From Heterodontus francisci (Eukaryota), in contig NC_090399.1 of NCBI RefSeq assembly GCF_036365525.1, forward strand, positions 50,066,430 to 50,130,429: 64,000 bases of DNA, in the 5' to 3' direction. Shown in pieces: positions 51,031 through 64,000 of the stretch (positions are counted from its first letter, which is position 1; each line of letters opens with the position of its first letter). The notes beneath the pieces are model-generated. The model had not been told where the DNA came from and ran no database searches. It saw only the letters and a program-made list of their open reading frames with translations. The position numbers were made by a program, and so were the translations under genes.

Positions 51031-51039
51031 TGTATGGAT

Positions 51040-51450
51040 CTATCTACCCACAAGATCCTTCTTGGCCACATTAAGAAATGGAATCACTTTCACCCAAGCT
51101 TCCTGAGACCACTAATGAAGATCAGATGATTAAACAAGATCCCTGACACCAAAGTAACCAAAGAGCTGACTTGCCAGATATAGAAGCTCTGATCATGAAG
51201 TCATGGTGACAATAGTCATGTCACGGTGTTCGAGTGGCTGATGAACCAATCCTGAAGATGATCATTTCTGGAGCATTTCGAGGTGAACAGCAAGAGTTAT
51301 AAAGCCTGTTTAAAAACCTCTCTGAAACACTGCAAGATGGATGTCCATAACTGGGAACAAGTTGCTCAAGATAAACAAGCGTGAGGGAAAGCCATCCCTG
51401 AGGATCCCTCCGACTGTGAGACCCATCACATTGCTGATGCTGGATGTAGA
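51040..51450 (+). mobile_element. RTE-clade LINE 3' fragment
   Basis: NHFH..FLR.LMKIR....IPDT motif typical of the RTE C-terminus. Confidence 0.6.
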
Positions 51451-51634
51451 CACTACTTGAGAAAGTCTCACTTAAAGAATCAGGATTCTAACCTGGTGTA
51501 TCCAGGATCCACTGTTCAATCTGTAGAAGGACATTCCCAGTAAAAATAACTCTCAATGATTGAAGAACAGAATGCAAACATTGAGCTATAATTCTGTGGG
51601 TCTGCTGTGATATGGAAGGATGGACAACAATGTC

Positions 51635-52802
51635 CCTGTTGTCATGATTTCGTCTTTTTTTTCTCTACGGGAAATATGTGGTGTGTCTTTATGACAGCAA
51701 CGGATCAGTACTGCTTTAAGAACAAGCAGGCCTCAGGAGATACCAAGAAGGTTCATTCTCATTGCCTTGGATACAGGCACTTGGACTGAGCCTCGAGAGA
51801 TATATTTGTTACAATTTAATTTTGAACTGGCTTATAGCGCAAACAGCCTGTTCTAACAGGGGACTCAAACAGACAGCTGTGTGTTAACACATAAAAGAAC
51901 AGCTCTCAGCCCTTTTAAATTGAAGGAAGAGAATTTAGTCTGTTTATTTATGATTATTTCTCAAAATGTCAAAAAAGTCAAGCCAAAGCATAAATCTCTG
52001 ATAATTGAAACTGAAGGAATGGAAGATCGGCTATGACAATCTTTTATCCCTCAAAAATTCTGAAGTCAGATTGATTCATTTAAAAAGTGATTGCAAGTCA
52101 TTAATTGTTGAAATTCATCGCTGGAGAAGGAAAGCATCACTTATTGCTGGAATTAGACTACAGACTGTTCTACTGTTGAAGAATCTTTTTTCCCCATCAC
52201 ACGGCTGTGAGGACTTCAAGCAACATTGGACTATAAAATTGCCAGGACTCTGATTTTTTCTATTTTAAATGTTGTTTATGTCTTAGTAATAATTAAGAAT
52301 TTAGTTTTTTCTAATTAAACAGTTAATTTGTTGATTTAAAGACACCTGTTTTTATTTTAAAGTTTGGTTAGCCTTAGTTGGGGGTTAATAGATGGGTCTT
52401 TCTTTTCTCCCTGTGTCTGCGTGGGTTTTCTCCGGGTGCTCCGGTTTCCTCCCACAAGCCAAAAGACTTGCAGGTTGATAGGTAAATTGACCATTATAAA
52501 TTGTCACTAGTATAGGTAGGTGGTAGGGAAGTATCGGGACAGGTGGGGATGTTTGGTCGGAATATGGGATTAGTGTAGGATTAGTATAAATGGGGGGTTG
52601 ATGGTAGGCACAGACTCGGTGGGCCGAAGGGCCTGTTTCAGTGCTGTATCTCTAATCTAATCTAATCTTTAATTTGGAAAGTTTAAAATGATATGTTAGG
52701 GGATCTGTGGAGGGTGGGATTGAATTAACAGTGCATTTCTCCCACCACAATCAGATTCGATATTTTGATTGGGGACTTTGACTGGAGCAGTTGGTCAAAA
52801 CA
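51635..52802. mobile_element. Probable solo-LTR-like element with nested SINE (about 52398-52668)
   Basis: TGT..ACA ends; SINE core tctccctgtgtctgcgtgggtt..ccggtttcctcccaca ending in (tctaa)n. Confidence 0.5.
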
Positions 52803-53789
52803 CTATTCATACTCGATATTCATTAATGAGGCTCTCGGAATGTGTTGCAGTGGTGCACAGTAAACTCACAAAGCGTTAGGATCAGGTGAGGAGGGGGTCA
52901 CAAGACTCCCCTCTTGCCTTTCTCCTTGTTTGACCGCAACAGGGTTTATTCCTTTTTAAACAGTGGATTTGCTTACGACTTCAGTTAGTGTTTAACCTTT
53001 TACCTTTGTTATGATCATAAAGCTAAAGCCTGGCTACCCGACCCGAACCCGACCAAACCTGACTACATGTCTCGGGTCGGGTCTATATTCTGTGTCCAGC
53101 ATTCAGGACTCGGGCCTGGGTCAGATTTTAATTTTATCCCAGAGCCAGGCTTTACATAAAAGAACCAACTGGACAGGTTTTCTTGATTTTAAACAAGAGG
53201 TGAGTTGGTTATACTAAAAAAAGTCTAAACCCGATCAAAATAAAAAAATAAATTCCTCTACACTTTCACTCACACACACGAGACTCACAGACGCACAAAT
53301 AGATTACAGAGTGATGAGATATAGTTTGGGTTAGATTAGAGTCCAGAACAAATACAAATTATATGCAGTCTGTGGTGTCTGTTAATCCAGTTGTCTTCTG
53401 GCTGAGGTTGTGATCCTGAAGTCCTGCTCGGTGTTATTGGAGACAGTGGAGCAGGTGGTCTTCTTCCCAGGGGTCTTTGTCTTGGATCTGTTCCATCCTG
53501 TTTCCTTTGAATTGTAAGGTATTTTGGTGGCCATCTTGACTCCCAGCTTTCCTTTTTAAAAGTTTAATGTAGGTTTCCAACCGATGAATTAAAAATCCTC
53601 ATTTGGCTTAGCATGTTTTTTTGAGATAAGGAATGGACAGAATCAAGGCAATTACTTAAGCTGGGCCTGAAAAATGGGAAAGAAAGGGTTAAACATTTCG
53701 TTCTGAGACAGTTTCTCATGGATTGGTCAGGGTGTGATTGCGGGAGTTTATATACAGCTCGGTATCTGTGTTAAAATGATTGTGATCAC

Positions 53790-54085
53790 TAAACATTAAT
53801 GGACATTTACAGAGATGAATAATAATGATACAGTAAAGTAACACATTTCAATGGTATATTTAAGGTGATAAAGAGTAATGATATATTTTAACTGGTTAAG
53901 ATTAATGATAAATCTAAAGCAGTAAAAATAATTGTATATTTAAGGTGGTAAACATTAATGGTATATTTAAGGTATAAAGGTTAATGATATATTTAAGGTG
54001 GTAAAGATGAATGGTATATTTAAGGTATAAAGGTTAATGGTATATTTAAGGTGGTAAAGATGAATGGTATATTTAAGGTGGATTT
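53790..54085. repeat. AT-rich tandem repeat (aatggtatatttaaggt)
   Basis: Direct inspection. Confidence 0.8.
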
Positions 54086-54099
54086 TTGTTGTCTGCTTA

Positions 54100-54420
54100 G
54101 TGTCTTTTGGGTGAGACATTAAACCGAGGCTCTCTCTACTCTCTCAGGTTAGTGAAAAGATCCAATGACACTATTTTGAAGAAGATCTGGGGATTTCCCC
54201 CTGTGTTCAGCTCAATATTTATCCCTCAGCCAACAATTAAAATAGATGATTTATTACATTGCTGTTTATGGGATCTTGCTGTGCACAGAATGGCTGCCAA
54301 GTTTCAAACATTACAACAGTGACTGCATTTCAAGAGAATGTCACTACTTGTAATGCACATTGGGACATGCTGCGATGGTGAAAAGCGGTATATAAATGCA
54401 AATCTTCCTTTCTTCATATC
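54100..54420 (+). mobile_element. SINE body with L2-like tail
   Basis: gagacattaaaccgaggc...gggatcttgctgtgcac...gcggtatataaatgcaa; homologous to 260-585. Confidence 0.7.
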
Positions 54421-54524
54421 CTTTTGTTGTTGGGGAGGGACGGATACACCTGCTGGGTAGAACACTGTCTCTGATTGCAGGCTGGACACTAACTGATCAA
54501 TAGACTGAAATTAGAGACACAGGC

Positions 54525-57500
54525 AGGGTGAGACAGGGTCAGGAGGACAGTGAAATTATTCTGATAGGTTTTAACAGTGTCTGGGAGGGTGAGACAGGGT
54601 CAGATGGTACTGAAATTATTCTGATAGGTTTTAACAGTGTCTGGGAGGGTGAGACAGGGTCAGGAGGACAGTGAAATTATTCTGACAGGTTTTAACAGTG
54701 TCTGGGAGGGTGAGACAGGGTCAGGAGGACAGTGAAATTATTCTGACAGGTTTTAACAGTGTCTGGGAGGGTGAGACAGGGTCAGGAGGACAGTGAAATT
54801 ATTCTGACAGGTTTTAACAGTGTCTGGGAGGGTGAGACAGGGCCAGGAGGACAGTGAAATTATTCTGACAGGTTTTAAAAGTGTCTGGGAGGGTGAGACA
54901 GGGTCAGGAGGACAGTGAAATTATTCTGACAGGTTTTAACAGTGTCTGGGAGGGTGAGACAGGGTCAGGAGGACAGTGAAATTATTCTGACAGGTTTTAA
55001 CAGTGTCTGGGAGGGTGAGACAGGGTCAGGAGGACAGTGAAATTATTCTGACAGGTTTTAACAGTGTCTGGGAGGGTGAGACAGGGTCAGGAGGACAGTG
55101 AAATTATTCTGACAGGTTTTAACAGCGTCTGGTAGGGTGAGACAGGATCAGGAGGACAGTGAAATTATTCTGACAGGTTTTAACAGTGTCTGGGAGGGTG
55201 AGGCAGGATCAGGAGGACAGTGAAATTATTCTGACAGGTTTTAACAGTGTCTGGGAGGGTGAGACAGGGTCAGGAGGACAGTGAAATTATTCTGACAGGT
55301 TTTAACAGCGTCTGGGAGGGTGAGACAGGGTCAGGAGGACAGTGAAATTATTCTGACAGGTTTTAACAGCGTCTGGGAGGGTGAGACAGGATCAGGAGGA
55401 CAGTGAAATTATTCTGACAGGTTTTAACAGCGTCTGGGAGGGTGAGACAGGATCAGGAGGACAGTGAAATTATTCTCACAGGTTTTAACAGTGTCTGGGA
55501 GGGTGAGACAGGGTCAGGAGGACAGTGAAATTATTCTGACAGGTTTTAACAGCGTCTGGGAGGGTGAGACAGGGTCAGGAGGACAGTGAAATTATTCTGA
55601 CAGGTTTTAACAGTGTCTGGGAGGGTGAGACAGGGTCAGGAGGACAGTGAAATTATTCTGACAGGTTTTAACAGTGTCTGGGAGGGTGAGACAGGGTCAG
55701 GAGGACAGTGAAATTATTCTGACAGGTTTTAAAAGTGTCTGGGAGGATGAGACAGGGTCAGGAGGACAGTGAAATTATTCTGATAGGTTTTAACAGTGTC
55801 TGGGAGGGTGAGACAGGATCAGGAGGACAGTGAAATTATTCTGACAGGTTTTAACAGTGTCTGGGAGGGTGAGACAGGGTCAGGAGGACAGTGAAATTAT
55901 TCTGATAGGTTTTAACAGTGTCTGGGAGGGTGAGACAGGATCAGGAGGACAGTGAAATTATTCTGACAGGTTTTAACAGTGTCTGGGAGGGTGAGGCAGG
56001 ATCAGGAGGACAGTGAAATTATTCTCACAGGTTTTAACAGCGTCTGGGAGGGTGAGACAGGGTCAGGAGGACAGTGAAATTATTCTGACAGGTTTTAACA
56101 GCGTCTGGGAGGGTGAGACAGGGTCAGGAGGACAGTGAAATTATTCTGACAGGTTTTAACAGTGTCTGGGAGGGTGAGACAGGGTCAGGAGGACAGTGAA
56201 ATTATTCTGACAGGTTTTAACAGTGTCTGGGACGGCGAGACAGGATCAGGAGGATAGTGAAATTATTCTGACAGGTTTTAACAGTGTCTGGGAGGGTGAG
56301 ACAGGGTCAGGAGGACTGTGAAATTATTCTGACAGGTTTTAGCAGTGTCTGGGAGGGTGAGACGGGGTCAGGAGGACAGTGAAATTATTCTGACAGGTTT
56401 TAACAGTGTCTGGGAGGGTGAGACAGGGTCAGGAGGACAGTGAAATTATTCTGACAGGTTTTAACAGCGTCTGGTAGGGTGAGACAGGATCAGGAGGACA
56501 GTGAAATTATTCTGACAGGTTTTAACAGTGTCTGGGAGGGTGAGGCAGGATCAGGAGGACAGTGAAATTATTCTGACAGGTTTTAACAGTGTCTGGGAGG
56601 GTGAGACAGGGTCAGGAGGACAGTGAAATTATTCTGACAGGTTTTAACAGCGTCTGGGAGGGTGAGACAGGGTCAGGAGGACAGTGAAATTATTCTGACA
56701 GGTTTTAACAGCGTCTGGGAGGGTGAGACAGGATCAGGAGGACAGTGAAATTATTCTGACAGGTTTTAACAGCGTCTGGGAGGGTGAGACAGGATCAGGA
56801 GGACAGTGAAATTATTCTCACAGGTTTTAACAGTGTCTGGGAGGGTGAGACAGGGTCAGGAGGACAGTGAAATTATTCTGACAGGTTTTAACAGCGTCTG
56901 GGAGGGTGAGACAGGGTCAGGAGGACAGTGAAATTATTCTGACAGGTTTTAACAGTGTCTGGGAGGGTGAGACAGGGTCAGGAGGACAGTGAAATTATTC
57001 TGACAGGTTTTAACAGTGTCTGGGAGGGTGAGACAGGGTCAGGAGGACAGTGAAATTATTCTGACAGGTTTTAAAAGTGTCTGGGAGGATGAGACAGGGT
57101 CAGGAGGACAGTGAAATTATTCTGATAGGTTTTAACAGTGTCTGGGAGGGTGAGACAGGATCAGGAGGACAGTGAAATTATTCTGACAGGTTTTAACAGT
57201 GTCTGGGAGGGTGAGACAGGGTCAGGAGGACAGTGAAATTATTCTGATAGGTTTTAACAGTGTCTGGGAGGGTGAGACAGGATCAGGAGGACAGTGAAAT
57301 TATTCTGACAGGTTTTAACAGTGTCTGGGAGGGTGAGGCAGGATCAGGAGGACAGTGAAATTATTCTCACAGGTTTTAACAGCGTCTGGGAGGGTGAGAC
57401 AGGGTCAGGAGGACAGTGAAATTATTCTGACTGGTTTTAACAGCGTCTGGGAGGGTGAGACAGGGTCAGGAGGACAGTGAAATTATTCTGACAGGTTTTA

Positions 57501-58516
57501 ACAGTGTCTGGGAGGGTGAGACAGGGTCAGGAGGACAGTGAAATTATTCTGACAGGTTTTAACAGTGTCTGGGAGGGTGAGACAGGGTCAGGAGGACAGT
57601 GAAATTATTCTGACAGGTTTTAACAGCGTCTGGGAGGGTGAGACAGGGTCAGGAGGACAGTGAAATTATTCTGACAGGTTTTAACAGCGTCTGGGAGGGT
57701 GAGACATGGTCAGGAGGACAGTGAAATTATTCTGACAGGTTTTAACAGCGTCTGGGAGGGCGAGACAGGGTCAGGAGGACAGTGATATTATTCTGACAGG
57801 TTTTAACAGTGTCTGGAAGGGTGAGACAGGGTCAGGAGGACAGTGAAATTATTCTGACAGGTTTTAACAGTGTCTGGGAGGGTGAGACAGGGTCAGGAGG
57901 ACAGTGAAATTATTCTGACAGGTTTTAACAGTGTCTGGGAGGGTGAGACAGGATCAGGAGGACAGTGAAATTATTCTGACAGGTTTTAACAGTGTCTGGG
58001 AGGGTGAGACAGGGTCAGGAGGACAGTGAAATTATTCTGACAGGTTTTAACAGTGTCTGGGAGGGTGAGACAGGATCAGGAGGACAGTGAAATTATTCTG
58101 TCAGGTTTTAACAGTGTCTGGGCGGGTGAGACAGGATCAGGAGGACAGTGAAATTATTCTGACAGGTTTTAACAGTGTCTGGGAGGGTGAGACAGGATCA
58201 GGAGGACAGTGAAATTATTCTGACAGGTTTTAACAGTGTCTGGGAGGGTGAGACAGGATCAGGAGGACAGTGAAATTATTCTGACAGGTTTTAACAGTGT
58301 CTGGGAGGGTGAGACAGGGTCAGGAGGACAGTGAAATTATTCTGACAGGTTTTAACAGTGTCTGGGAGGGTGAGACAGGGTCAGGAGGACAGTGAAATTA
58401 TTCTGACAGGTTTTAACAGTGTCTGGGAGGGTGAGACAGGGTCAGGAGGACAGTATAATTATTCTGACAGGTTTTAACAGCGTCTGGGAGGGTGAGACAG
58501 GGTCAGGAGGACAGTG
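54525..58516. repeat. 61-bp minisatellite, about 65 copies, last intron of gene C
   Basis: Same unit as 30108-31586. Confidence 0.96.
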
Positions 58517-58567
58517 TTAATGTCACAAATACATAAATAGGTGGAAATTGAAATTTCACTTACTGAA

Positions 58568-58599
58568 TCATGAAGGAGCTGGAACAAAGACATCAGAAG
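58568..58599 (-). CDS. Gene C cytoplasmic exon 7 (TSDVFVPAPS*)
   Basis: ttttcacag| acceptor, TGA at 58568-58570, |gtaagt donor at 58563. Confidence 0.82.
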
Positions 58600-60083
58600 C
58601 TGTGAAAAGAAAAACAGAATGTGAGAAACGTGAATAAAGTATAAAAATACAGAGTATGCGATAATCTATATCTCTGACTGGGTCCAGGATTCAATCATCT
58701 CCCAGCCTGAACAAAACAACCTCACACATGATAAATGAGCACTGAGCGGGGAATTGGAGGGTGAGGGACTGGAGGTCAGCAGTGACCTCCCCTGTGGAAT
58801 TTGAGTATTTGGGTCGAGATTCTCCAGTGGTTATAAGAATGAGAGATGATCTCATTGAAAGATATAAAATTCTTTGAGAGTTTGACAGGGAAGATACTGA
58901 GAGACTGTTTCTCCTGACTGGAGAGTCTCGAACCAGGGGACACAGTCTCAGGATAAGGGGTCAGTCATTTCAGACTGAGATGAGGAGAAATGTCTTCATT
59001 CAGAGGGTTGTGAATCTTTGTAATTCTTGATCCCAGAGAGCTGTGGATACTCAGTCGATGAGGATATTCAACACAGATTGAGAGAGTCTTCAGCACGAAG
59101 GGAATCAAAGGATCTGGGAATAAAGTGGGAAAGTGGATTGGAACTGAGTTGAAGTTGAGTGTCTTGGAATCATAGAAAATTCCAGCACAGAGGGAGTCCA
59201 TTCAGCCCATCCTCTTGTGTTGGATCTTTGAATGAGCCATCATGCTTGGTCCCATATCTCCACACATTGTCTGTAACCCTTTTAGTTCCACATCCTGATG
59301 TATCTGTCCAAATCCCTTTTCAAATTCTTCATGGAATCAGCTTCCATCACCTTTACAGGTCGAGTGTCCCAGATCCCAACTACTCAGAGTGAAAATTAAT
59401 TTCTTCTCCTCTCCTCTCGAGTTCATTTCCCAATGATTGTAAATCTCTAACCTCCTTATTCATCACTCACCAGAGGAAATCATTTTTCTTGATCTACTCT
59501 ATCAAAACCTTTCATCATCTGGAAAACTCTATGAGATGACCTCTGACCCTTCTCTGTTCCAATGGGAACAGTGCTACCTTTTCCAATCACTGCTCTTGTT
59601 GTAGATGTTCATCAATGATCTTATTGAACAATAGAACAGGCCTGAGGGACCCAGATTCCTGTTCCTATTTCTTATGTTCCTCTCCCCGAGTCAGTGACTG
59701 CAGGAGTGGAGGGGGAGAGACTGGAGATGTTCCCATTCTGATCCCTATTTCCTGAACTGTTCCCTTCTTCCTCATTCATGAAACAAACTCTCTGATGAAC
59801 ATTTCAATATTCTGCATGGTTAATCTTCAGCTTCGATTGTGAAATAATTCACAAACATGTCAAAACCATGGCTCGGATTTTCCCTGTTGTAAATTTAACA
59901 GAAGAACAAAGTGAAGAACAAAGTGAATTCTGGAAAAACAACTTCTAACTCTGATCCTCATCTTTTCCACTATTTGGCCATGGGATTGAGAATCCACTTT
60001 CGGAGAATTCTCAGGAGAATTTAATTCTCCAACTTTAAATCCCTGCCATTTCATTCCAAACAATCTGTCTCTCATTCACTTAC

Positions 60084-60116
60084 TGTGAGCTGTTGTGTAG
60101 GTCATACTTGGTGAAT
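60084..60116 (-). CDS. Gene C cytoplasmic exon 6 (DSPSMTYTTAH)
   Basis: 33 nt, ttccacag| and |gtaagt, homolog of 32988-33020. Confidence 0.85.
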
Positions 60117-60727
60117 CTGTGGAATCAAAATAAATGTCAGTTAGAATGGGGAATAACCCATTATCAGAGAGTGAGCAGACAACAAGTGTGAGGGAATAGA
60201 GATTGTGTAATAAATACACAGTCTGACACTCTCCTCCATCCTTACACTTTATATCGATACTGTAGATCTCTCCCATTCCATCTATATACAGTAGGTCAGG
60301 ATGTGAGTGTCAGTGCTGGGTTTGATGTTCGACATTAGACCTGGTCTGGGCCAATCACACAAAGGAAGATCAGACAGTGAACAAGACGTCTTTATACGAG
60401 TGTACCTGTGTGTGGGAATTAAATCCGTTCATTCAACACAGTGTCCTGTACTCCCAGTACTGGAGATTCCCTCACACTCACTGTCCCCTCAGTTCTACAT
60501 TCCCCTCTCTCACTTTTCCCTCTCAGTGATTGCCTCTCTCTCACTCTCCCCTCTCAGTGTCCTGTACTCCCAGTACTGGAGATTCCTCACTCTCACTCTG
60601 TCCCCTCAGTTCCACATTCCCCTCTCCCTCACTCTCCCCTCTCAGTATCCTGTACTCCCAGTACAGGAGATTCCCTCACACTCACTCTGTCCCCTCCGTT
60701 CCACATTCCCCTCTCTCAGATTCTTAC

Positions 60728-60847
60728 CTCTCCGTTGCATTTTCCAGATGATTATTCCGATTATTCCCAATAAAACAGCCAGTGCAGCGATCACTGATCC
60801 AGTTATAATTCCAAGATGTGAGCGTCCCCCATTGTTTTCAGGGATTT
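60728..60847 (-). CDS. MHC class I gene C (paralog of B), TM exon; upstream exons not in window
   Basis: EIPENNGGRSHLGIITGSVIAALAVLLGIIGIIIWKMQRR, 37/40 aa identical to B; intact splice sites. Confidence 0.9.
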
Positions 60848-61049
60848 CTGAAACACATTTGAATAATATCAGGATTGTCTCTCTGTTCCTGGATCCATTC
60901 CCAGTTCTGTGTTGATTGGGGACAATTTTATCTGAACCCGCCTGTTGGGAATTGTTGGGATTGGTTGAAATGCTGGTTTTACACCCGCCTGATTTCACTC
61001 TGCAGTGAAGTCACTGAAGATTCACATTGATGGTGGTGTAAATGGTCAG

Positions 61050-61560
61050 AGACTGAGTTCCAGAGCCCTTAAACAAGAATCAGCTGATCAGAGAGAGTCA
61101 GTATGGATTTGTGAAGGGTAGGTCACGTCTGTCTAATCTCATTGTATTTTATGGGGAGCTCACTAACATGGTGGATAAGGGAGTGTTTATGGATCTGGTC
61201 TTTATGGACTTCCAGAAGGTAATTGATCAGGTTCCATACAAGAGATTATTGACAATAATAAGAGCGTACGGAATTGGAGTTAATCTTTAACATGGGTGAA
61301 AATTTGTTGGGAGGTAGGAGACAGAGAATGGGGATAACGGGAATGTGCTCCCATTGGCAGGATGTGATAAGTTGTATTCCTCAGGGATTTGTACTGGAGC
61401 CTCAGCTTTTCACCATGTATATTAATGACCTGGATGAAGGAATAGAGAGTTGTCGATCCAAGTTTGCAGATGGCACGAAGTTAGGAGACACAGTGAAGGG
61501 ACAATGACAGATTAAATGAGTGAATTCCATCTATTGTAGTTTTACCCAATGTGGGCAGTG
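61050..61560 (+). mobile_element. CR1 fragment in gene C intron 4, shared with gene B (34630-34990)
   Basis: cagagagagtcagtatggatttgtgaag...; KFADGTKLG. Confidence 0.8.
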
Positions 61561-61619
61561 TGAGATCATCCATGTTAAACCTGAGAAAGAGAAATCGGAA
61601 AGGTTGAACACATATAGGA

Positions 61620-62900
61620 AATTCGGAAATCAGTGCCCTTCAACCTGCTCCCCTATTCAACTAGATCATGGCTGATCTTCTACTTCAACACCATTTTCCT
61701 TCATATCCCCATATCCCTTGATATCTTTAATATCTGAAATCTATCAATCTGCATCTTGAATATACTCAAAGACTGAGCATTCATAGTGGAGAATTCCAAA
61801 GATTCACCACCCTCTGAGTGAAGAAATTCCTCCTCATCTCCGTCCTAATTGGCCTACCTTGTAATCTGAGACTGTGGCTCCTGGATCTTGATCCCCCAGT
61901 CAGGGAAACATCCGTCCTGCATCTACCGTGTCGAGCCCTGTCAGAATTTTGTATGCCTCAATGAGATCACCTCTCATTCTTCTAAACACCAGAGAATACA
62001 GGCTCAGTCTCCTCAATTGCTGCTTATATGATAATCCTGTCATCCCAGGAATCAGCATGGTGAACCTGCATTGCACTCCCTCTGTGGCAAATATATCCTT
62101 TATTTGGTAAGGTGACCAAAACTGTACACAGTACTGCAGGAGCGGTCTCACCAAGGCTCTATACAATTGCAGGAAGACTTCTTTACTTCTGTACTCAAAT
62201 CCTCTTGCAATTCAGGCCAACATACAGAGAATACAGGCCCAGTTTTCCAAATCTCTCTTCATAGCACAGTCCCAGCATCCCGGGAACAAGTCTGGTGAAC
62301 CTTTGTTGCACTCCCTCGATGGCAAGAATTTCCTTCCTCAGGTAAGGGGACCAAAACAGCACACAGTAATCCAAGTGTGGTCTAACCAAGATTCTGTACA
62401 ACTGAAGCAATACTTCACTACTCCTGTTCTCAAATCCTCTTGTGATAAAGGCTAACATACCATTTGCCTTCCTAATTGTTTGCTGCACCTGTATGTTGGC
62501 TTTCAGTGACTTATGAACAAGGACACCCAGGTCCCTTTGGACATCAACACTTCCCGATTTCTCACCATTTATGAAATACTCTGCACATCTATTCCTGCTA
62601 CCAAAGTGGATAATCTCACATTTTTCCACATTATATTCCATCTGCCATGTCCTTGCCCACTCACTCAGTCTGTCCAAATCCTCTTGAAGCCTCTTTGCAT
62701 CTTCGTCACAACTCACATTCCCACCTAGTTTTGTGTCATCAGTAAACTTGAAAATATTACATTTGGTCTCACATCCAAACCATTGATATATATTGTGAAC
62801 AACTGGGGGCCAAGCACTGTTCCTTGTGGTACCCCACTAGTTACAGCCTGTCAACTGAGAATGACCCATTTATTCCTACTCTCTGTTTTCTGTCCATTAA
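61620..62900 (-). mobile_element. CR1 LINE fragments (two RT C-terminal segments)
   Basis: RPLLQYCVQFWSP and RPHLDYCVLFWSP. Confidence 0.9.
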
Positions 62901-63084
62901 CCAAACAATAATCTGATGGAGGTGTTTAATAAAGGCAGTCATCAGGGTAGAAACAGGGAATCTATTTTGTCCGGTGTCGGAATCCAAAACAAGAAAACAT
63001 AATCTTAAAATTAAAATGAAGCCATTTAGCAGCGAAATCAGGAAACACTATCACAAAAGGCTCTGTGAAATTTTTTAAAAATTC

Positions 63085-64000
63085 ATTCATGGGATATGGG
63101 CGTTGCTGGCTACGCTAGGATTTTATTACCCATCCCTAATTGCCCTTGAGAAGGTGGTGGTGAGCTGCCTTCTTGAACCGCTGCATTCCATATGAGGTAG
63201 GTACACCCACAGTGCTGTTAGGAAGGGAGTTCCAGGATTTTGACCCAGTGACAGTGAAGGAACGGCGATATAGTTCCAAGTCAGGATGGTGTGTGACTTG
63301 CAGGGGAACCTGCAGGTGGTGGTGTTCTCATGTATCTGCTGACCTTGTCCTTCTAGGTGGTAGTGGTCACAGGTTTGGAAGGTGCTGTCTAAGAAGCCTT
63401 GGTGCATTGCTGCAATGCATCTTGTAGATGGTACACAGTGCTGCCACTGTGCGTTGGTGGTGGAGGGAGTGAATGTTTGTGGATGGGATGCCAACCAAAC
63501 GGGCTGTTTTGTCCTGCATGGTGTCGAGCTTCTTGAGTGTTGTTGGAGCTGCACCCATCCAGGCAAGTGGAGAGTATTCCACCACACTCCTGACTTGTGC
63601 CTTGTAGATGGTGGACAGGCTTTGGGGAGTCAGGAGGTGAGTTACTCGCCTCAGGATTCCTAACCTCTGACCTGCTCTTGTAGCCACGGTATTTATATGG
63701 CTACTCCAGTTCAGTTTTCGGTCAATGGTAGCCCCTAGAATGTTGATAGTGGGGGATTCAGCGATGATAATGCCGTTGAGTGTCAAGGGGTGATGGTTAG
63801 ATTCTCTCTTGTTGGAGATGGTCATTGCCTGGCACGAATGTTATTTGCCACTTATCAGCCCAAGCCTGGATATTGTCCAGGTCTTGCAGCACTTCTACAC
63901 AGACTGCTTCAGTATCTGAGGAGTCGCAAATGGTGCTGAACATTGTGCAATCATCAGCGAACATCCCCATTTCTGACCTTATGATTGAAAGAAGGTCACT
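63085..64000 (-). mobile_element. CR1-group LINE 3' portion, running off the window
   Basis: YKAQVRSVVEYSPLAWMGAAPTTLKKL; same family as 1865-2615. Confidence 0.9.

Noticed and set aside
60848-64000. Calling gene C a pseudogene lacking alpha3
   Set aside because: Intron 4 is expanded by LINEs and runs off the window, so its status cannot be judged here

Overview
Eukaryotic (vertebrate) genomic DNA, most likely a cartilaginous fish/shark, inferred from the LINE/SINE families, dense intronic minisatellites and protein style. It holds a tandem, minus-strand cluster of three MHC class I heavy-chain genes, which I reconstructed by hand from GT-AG, phase-1 exons. Gene A: leader 24803-24854, alpha1 11990-12253, alpha2 9697-9972, alpha3 4115-4390, TM 655-798; the tail runs off the left edge. 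It keeps the alpha2 disulfide and nearly all classical peptide-anchoring residues (classical-like or UDA-like). Gene B: complete 350-aa ORF over 7 coding exons, 31641-41093; a divergent non-classical class I lacking both alpha2 cysteines. Gene C: only the TM and cytoplasmic exons (58564-60847) lie in the window; it is a close paralog of B. Most striking: A and B share only about 30% alpha1 identity, yet have near-identical leader exons (49/52 nt) and X/Y-box promoters, which suggests promoter/leader capture or conversion between class I lineages. The rest is repeats: CR1/L2/RTE LINE fragments, a decayed near-full-length Tx1/L1 element, a Gmr1-type Gypsy element, a Harbinger remnant, SINEs and many minisatellites. 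The very long ORFs in the ORF track are satellite artefacts.
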